Under the pieces are notes generated by a model. The model was not told the origin of the DNA and did no database searches. It saw only the letters and a list, made by a program, of their open reading frames with translations. Both the position numbers and the translations under genes were made by a program. Shown piece by piece: positions 57,922-64,000 of a stretch of DNA of 64,000 nt (the first letter of the stretch is position 1; each line of letters begins with the position of its first letter). The stretch is from the human T2T-CHM13v2.0 reference genome, Homo sapiens. The stretch lies in NCBI RefSeq assembly GCF_009914755.1, contig NC_060947.1; one strand, written 5' to 3'.

Positions 57922-59742
57922 TTATGAACTAATGCCTGCAAATGGACGTTACAAATCATTGAGCAACAAGGATTTGTCGCTTTGTCACTGCTGACCAGTA
58001 GACATTAGAATATTGCTGGAGCAGAACCTGGGACAGAATCTGGGTTGTTAACAATGGAAAATTAACAAAGTCCTTTTAAAACCAAATAAAAATCCATTGC
58101 TTATCTAAAGTGATTATTTTTTTTCTTTTTTTTTTGAAAAATCCTATAATAGTACAATGTCTTTCCAAACATGAGGAAATAATAGGACCTAGAGAGAGCA
58201 TGACAAAAAGTCAAGGAATCCCAGGCATCTAGCCATTTAGTTTCTCACCCAAGCATTGTCTTGTCCTGATCTTGACTCCCTTACGTGTCCCTGGATAGAG
58301 ACAGTGCCCAGCTAACCCATCAGTCAGTATCCTCTCCTTTCTAACAATCCTCCCTTCATCTCAGGCTACTCACCTGCCTGGGATTCAGCTGTAGGAAGAT
58401 GGGTAGTCAGTTACAATTGCTCCAGGGGCTGCATGTACACTGTGTCAAATATCTTTGCAGTTCTGATTAAATAGCCAACATTATCTGTTCTTCAGTAAGC
58501 TGCAAGTGAAGTCAGTGGGCTTGGGGGAGTGTGTGGGAGGCAGAAGGGAAGGCTAAAACTGGTGATGCAGCTGGGCTCTAGTACCAAGATCAAGAGATAA
58601 GATGCAATGAGTAATTCACTTCTAGTGAGTTTTTTCATAGTCAAATTAATTGGAAAAACAGTTTAAAAATAGTACAATCTGATATGTATCTTTTCCTTAA
58701 AGTTGGAACAGCAGGAACAGACAATTCTCTAAAAAATAAATTCCTTCTGTAATACAAGCTCCTTTAGCTCGGTTCCATTCCACAGTTTGCACTTCAGATT
58801 TCAGTTTATCAGCTTGCAAAATTCATGTTCTTGGTAACAACTAGGAGGAGGGAAGGTGAATCAGAGAATCTTCATGGCTGGATGAAACAAACAAACAATG
58901 AAAATCTTCTGTCATTGATGCTAAATCGGTGGTAGTGGCTTCTTGTGTAAGAAAACACACCTTGATAAGGGGTGGGAAGATTGAAGAGAAGTAGAAGGAG
59001 TGTATGGGGGAAAAACTTTATTGCCTTCTATCACCTACATGGGTTTTAATGGACATTTTATAAGGCTATCTTATCATACTTCCAAATTGATATGACCAGC
59101 TTCAGCACACAGCACACACTCTGCACATAAGAAGTACCCAATAAATATTTACTAACAGCATCTGACCAATTCAAGATCAATTTAGAAGACTGCTTCTGTC
59201 TTTTCTCCAGTCTATCTCTATTTGAATTCAGCTCTCAGAATTCCTCTAACTAGGCTCAAGACTGAGATTATAGTCAGAATTACTATAAAATTTGCTCACA
59301 TAGGCCTGCTATTATGGTCAGAAAATAATATATTTCTAGAGGGAAACTCACCAAACAGCTTTTTTTCCTGATGATTTTCAAATATTTTTTAAACATCAAT
59401 AATAAACAATAAGCTTTTTCATTTAAAAATTATATTATTCTGTCCATTTGCTGTAAAATAGTTCAAAAATAGGATCATATTTTTACCTACACTTCATAAT
59501 ATTGTTTTGCCATCTATGATTGCAAAAGGAAGGCCACATACTCGCCTATAAACTGGCGGTTTTGTTCACTTCTATTACTAAAGTCACCTTAGTTCTTCCT
59601 TTCGTAGGTTGCCTGAAGAGTTTGGTTGTAAAAGAGTAATAGATTAACACTCAGTAGAAATTTGAAAACATTGGGAAAAAATCTCATTTCCTTTTCCCAA
59701 TCTTTTAATTTAGCTTTGTCATAAGTAAATGCAAATTCTAAT

Positions 59743-59920
59743 CAGTGGTTCTTAAACTTCAGAATGCATAAGAATCCCTGGAAAAGCTTGTTAAGACACA
59801 GATTCCTGTACTTAGCCCCAGAGATATGATTTCGAAAATGTTGTCTGGGCATCAGGATTTCTAACAAGCTCCCAGGTGATGTGATGCTATGGGTATGCAG
59901 GGCACACTTGAGTAGTACTG
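59743..59920. mobile_element. MER5A-like MITE
   Basis: 'cagtggttcttaaactt...tttctaacaagctcccaggtgatg...cacacttgagtagtactg'; TTCTAAT on both sides. Confidence 0.88.
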
Positions 59921-60965
59921 TTCTAATGGCCTGGCTGAGTTAATGGAGCCATTCAAAACACCTGACGTCCTCCTAGAGGATTGTAGTTGGGTCCAAATAA
60001 TCCAGCCTAATAAGTGAGGATGGATGTCAAGACGTGGGTGTCCTCCAGAAATATTATGTTTTGAGACCAGCCCCAGTTTGGCAAACATGTCGTCATAGCT
60101 GATCATTGTGACTCATGCCTACCAATTCAGTAAAGTCTTTGTGCACTTTACAGAAGTATGTGCACTTTCAGAAAGCTTGTTTCCTTAGCTTGGGAAGTAC
60201 TGGGTCAAATCAAACTTGAGGTCATTCTAGTAGAACTGTGAGAAAGAGAAAGAGCACCCAAACAGATCCTGTTACTTTCTATGACAGCAGTTTAAAATAC
60301 CATAGCCTGAGGAGAATGAGTGAACTCATCCATCCCCTTAGGAAGCAAAATGGATTGAAAAAAAAAACAGGTGTAAAGTGGATTTTCAATTAACTCAGAC
60401 AAGTTTTTTTGTCCACTTGAGTTTTGTAGGAGCTTAGCCTGCAGAACAGCAGGCTGTCAGGAAACTAGGAAACATGATTCAAAGGACATGAGGTTTCCTT
60501 GAGTGTCACTGAGATGCATTCCTATCATCTAGTCTCCTCATGCTCAGTCTCTGTGAGACTCTGCTTGAGGAATAGACTAAAATCCAATTCAAAAGGTATT
60601 GAGAACTTCTGGCTGACATGAAATACATACACTTTACCCTATCTTCCCACTAATTACAATTAAAAATTTTAGATATAATACATAAATTATCTGGAATACT
60701 AAATAAACACATAAAAGTATATTCAACCTCATTAATCATTAAGGAAATGTAAATTGAAACCATAATAAGATATTGCTACATAATTACCAGAATAGCTTAT
60801 TAAGCCTGAGACTACCAAGTGCTGGTGAGGATGCAGAGCTACTGGAGATCTCACACATTACTGATGGGAATTCAAAATGGTATAGTCATTCTGGAAAACA
60901 AGTTTGCAGTTTCTTATAAAGTTAAAGAACAAATGAGAACCAAAATTTCTAAATGATTACCCTAG

Positions 60966-61361
60966 TGTCTTAGTTTGTTCCTGCTGCTGTAACAAAATAC
61001 CTGAGACTGGGTAATTTATAAAGAACAAGAATTTACGTCTCACAGTTCTGAAGTCTGGGAAGTCCAAGATCAAGGTGCTGGCAGGTCTGGTGTCTGCTAA
61101 GGGCTGATAACTGCTTGCAAAATGTGCCTTGTTGCTGTGTTCTCCCAAGGGGATGAATACTGTGTCCTCATATGGTGGAAGGGCAAAAGGGCCTAGCTAT
61201 TTCCCTCAGGACTTTTTACGAGGTCACTAATCCCATTCATGAGGACTCTGCTCTCATGACTTAATCCCTGCCTAAAGGCCCTACATCTAAATACTAACAT
61301 GCTGGGTTTTAAGCTCTAATATATGAATTTTGGGAGAGACACATACATTCAAACCATATCA
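60966..61361 (-). mobile_element. MaLR solo LTR (MST family)
   Basis: 'tgtcttagtttgttcctgctgctgtaacaaaatacctgagactgggtaattt...gaagtccaagatcaaggtgc...acattcaaaccatatca'; TSD CCTAG/CATAG. Confidence 0.9.
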
Positions 61362-61716
61362 CATAGAAAAATGAAAACTATATTCACACAAAACTGTACA
61401 TGAATTTTAATAATAGCCTTAAAGTGGAAAAAAAATGTTTTTCTATCATGTTTTTTAAAATTTTATTATTATTATACTTTAAGTTTTTCAACAGGTGAAT
61501 TAACAAATTGTGATACATCCATACAATGGAATACTATTCCATAATAAAAAAGGAATGAATTAAGGATATGTAAACAACATGAATGAACCTCAAATACTTA
61601 TGTGAAATGAAAGAGGCTAATCTAAAAAGGCTACATTCACAGACCTTTACACCAAAACAAATGTGAATTTTACTATATGTAAATTTAAAAATAAAAACAG
61701 TGTCTGCTAAGGATGA

Positions 61717-62021
61717 ACATATATATATATATATACACATATATACACATATATATACTTATATACATATATACACATATATACATATATACATATATAC
61801 ACATATATACATATATACACATATACACATATATACACATATATACATATATACATATATATACATATGTACACATATATATGTATACATGTGTATACAT
61901 ATACACGTATATATGTATACACATGTATACATATATACGTGTATATGTATACATATATACGTGTATATGTATACATATGTATACATATATATATAGACAC
62001 ACACACACACACATATATATG
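61717..62021. repeat. ~300-bp complex (TA/CA/TG) alternating purine-pyrimidine repeat
   Basis: Directly visible; source of the spurious IY/TH-rich ORFs. Confidence 0.97.
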
Positions 62022-62807
62022 TTCTAGAACCCCATCATTTTATTCCTTGGCTTATATCCAAAAGAAATGCATATAATTATTCACTAAAGGATATACATGA
62101 AAATGTTTACAGTAATATTACTCACAATACTTTAAAAACTAACCAAATAACCACCAATAATAGGATGTATAAATAAAATATAGTATTTTCATACGATGTA
62201 ACATACATGGGAATTAATGAACTGCAACTACACACAATAATAAGACCTACTGTCACAAAAAAATGTTGCATTTAAGAAGCCAAACATGAAAGTGTACATA
62301 CTAAATAATTTAACTTATATGAAGTTCAAAAGAAGGTAAAACTAATCTAAGGTCTTAGAAGTTGGGGCAGCATTTACCCTTGGCAGGCTAGTAGTGACTG
62401 GAAGGGAAAGATAAATCCTATTGAGGTGCTGGTAATATTCTGTTGTTTACCTAGGTGCTGTTCAAATGGGTGTGTTTGGTTTGTGAAAATTTATAAAGCT
62501 GTAATCTTTTGATTAGTACACTTGCTTTGTGTGCTATATACTTCAGTATTATGTGGATATGAATAGATTTTTCTAACAAGAGTTTCCACAGATTTCATCT
62601 GTTTTGCAAAGGATTTTCTGCCTCAAAAATAATTGTAACCATTGAACTGGTGAAGAAAGAACAGACCTTGGATGGCATTAGGTTTGTGGGTTGATCACAA
62701 AACTGTTTTTTTTCTGTCTTTTTCTGAGTTGAAAGAGTCTAAGTCCTATCCTATTTAAAGTGTTGGTGATCTTGTGATATTCCCCAATCCTAGCTATATT
62801 TCTGAGA

Positions 62808-62900
62808 AAGCTGTTCAGTGTTTACCTGAAACTGAGGTGTTTCCTACGACTAGGGACTTTCACTGGAAAACTGGGAAAGTCCTGGGAAAACTAGAATGGA
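62808..62900. mobile_element. MER81-like hAT-Blackjack MITE
   Basis: 'actgaggtgtttcc...gggactttcactggaaaactgggaaagtcctgggaaaactagaa'. Confidence 0.65.
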
Positions 62901-63775
62901 AGTGGAAGAGACGGTTGTCTTGCTCTTTTTAGAAAACAGCAAATCTCCGAAGTCTCATGTCATTGGAGTTATTGGACTCTGGGAATCACCTGACTCCCGT
63001 AGAAGCACCTAAATGGGTTTTGCAGAAAAACTGGGTGGAATTTCCAGCAGTTCCAGTATTTGAAGAAAACTAGTGAGGGTCAGGACAGCATTTAAAAATT
63101 CCCAGATGTTCTGAGTATGAGGGCCGCCACATCACCTGGCCTTTAATCAGTCCTCTGTATGATGCCTCCTTTCATCCTCCAAGTTAAGTACAGGGACTTG
63201 GTTTCCTGTGTCACTTCAGCCGGCTGCAATTTTAGCAGTGGCTGCAATTTTAGCAGTGGCTTCAGGATGGACAAGTGATTGAATGAATGTCTTTCAGAGT
63301 CCTTGCTGGTAGATCAGATTGAGCCAAGGCAAACTTGTCACCATACAATGAGTTTCCTAATGCCCAGAGAAAAGGCATAAATGGCCCATTAGCCCTTGAG
63401 AGTTTTCAATGTAATGTAGTTTCTCTTTCTAGGATTGTGGCTTTTGATGTTTTCCTCTTATATTAGGTGAAAACCACTTAAAACATATTCAATATAAGAC
63501 AATCAAAACCTGTCATTAAAAAAATTCTCTAAACATCGCAGAAAACTATAATGCAGGCGAATGGACATTATGTTTTACTTTTTAACCTGGTTCTAAATCC
63601 CTTCAAATAGAAGACATCTATTTTGTTAGTCGATATAGGGTTCTACTCTACCATCTAGAAAAGCAGCCATGATTAGTATGAGAGCTAGAAAGAAGGTGGA
63701 GTGGAAGGGGGAAAGAGAACTCTATCAATTACGTTGATTGAGCACGGGGTATATTTCTGAAATTTCTGACCCACC

Positions 63776-63920
63776 ATATATATATGTCTGTGTGAGTGTG
63801 TGTATATATATATACGCACTATATATGTGTATGTATGTACACATACATATATACATATTGCATATATATCCTTATATACTTATATAAGGATATATATGAA
63901 AATATTACATATATATATAT
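63776..63920. repeat. TA/TG-rich simple repeat
   Basis: Directly visible. Confidence 0.85.
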
Positions 63921-64000
63921 CCTTATTTAATCCTCCCAACAACCTTTGAGTGTATTATTATCTGTTTTATAGATAAGAATCTAAGGTTGAGAGAAATTAA
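63918..64000 (-). mobile_element. MIR (cut by the window end)
   Basis: 'ccttatttaatcctcccaacaacctttgag...attattatctgttttatagataagaatctaaggtt'. Confidence 0.75.

Larger units (their letters stand above)
60690..62550 (+). mobile_element. Old L1 (L1MC/L1ME-like) 3' fragments, interrupted by an MST LTR and a TA/CA tract
   Basis: 'aaggaaatgtaaattgaaaccataataaga', 'taccaagtgctggtgaggatgcagagc', 'acatccatacaatggaatactattc', 'aaaactaatctaagg'. Confidence 0.8.

Noticed and set aside
61685-62076. Overlapping IY/TH/VC-rich ORFs
   Set aside because: Artefact of a stop-free dinucleotide repeat.

Overview
This is AT-rich primate genomic DNA, probably hominoid given the Alu and L1PA3-type elements. It looks like gene-poor intronic or intergenic sequence. 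I see no credible host protein-coding exon, RNA gene or CpG island, and every long ORF in the track is a decayed LINE-1, Alu/LTR or microsatellite artefact. Roughly half the window is recognisable transposon fossil: several large L1s (two with 5' inversions, one chimeric with two 3' ends, one doubly deleted with nested elements), four Alus, solo LTRs (LTR18B-, MLT2A1-, MER61-, MLT1- and MST-like), many hAT MITEs, one MADE1, and MIR/L2 remnants. I found no evidence for a new biological system. The most interesting signals are DNA-repair and retrotransposition scars: a downstream sequence copied into an L1 deletion junction, a ~245-bp non-tandem local duplication, and a young/old L1 chimera. There are also a few candidate regulatory patches. 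Subfamily names come from recalled consensus sequences and need RepeatMasker/Dfam confirmation; ends of old elements are approximate.
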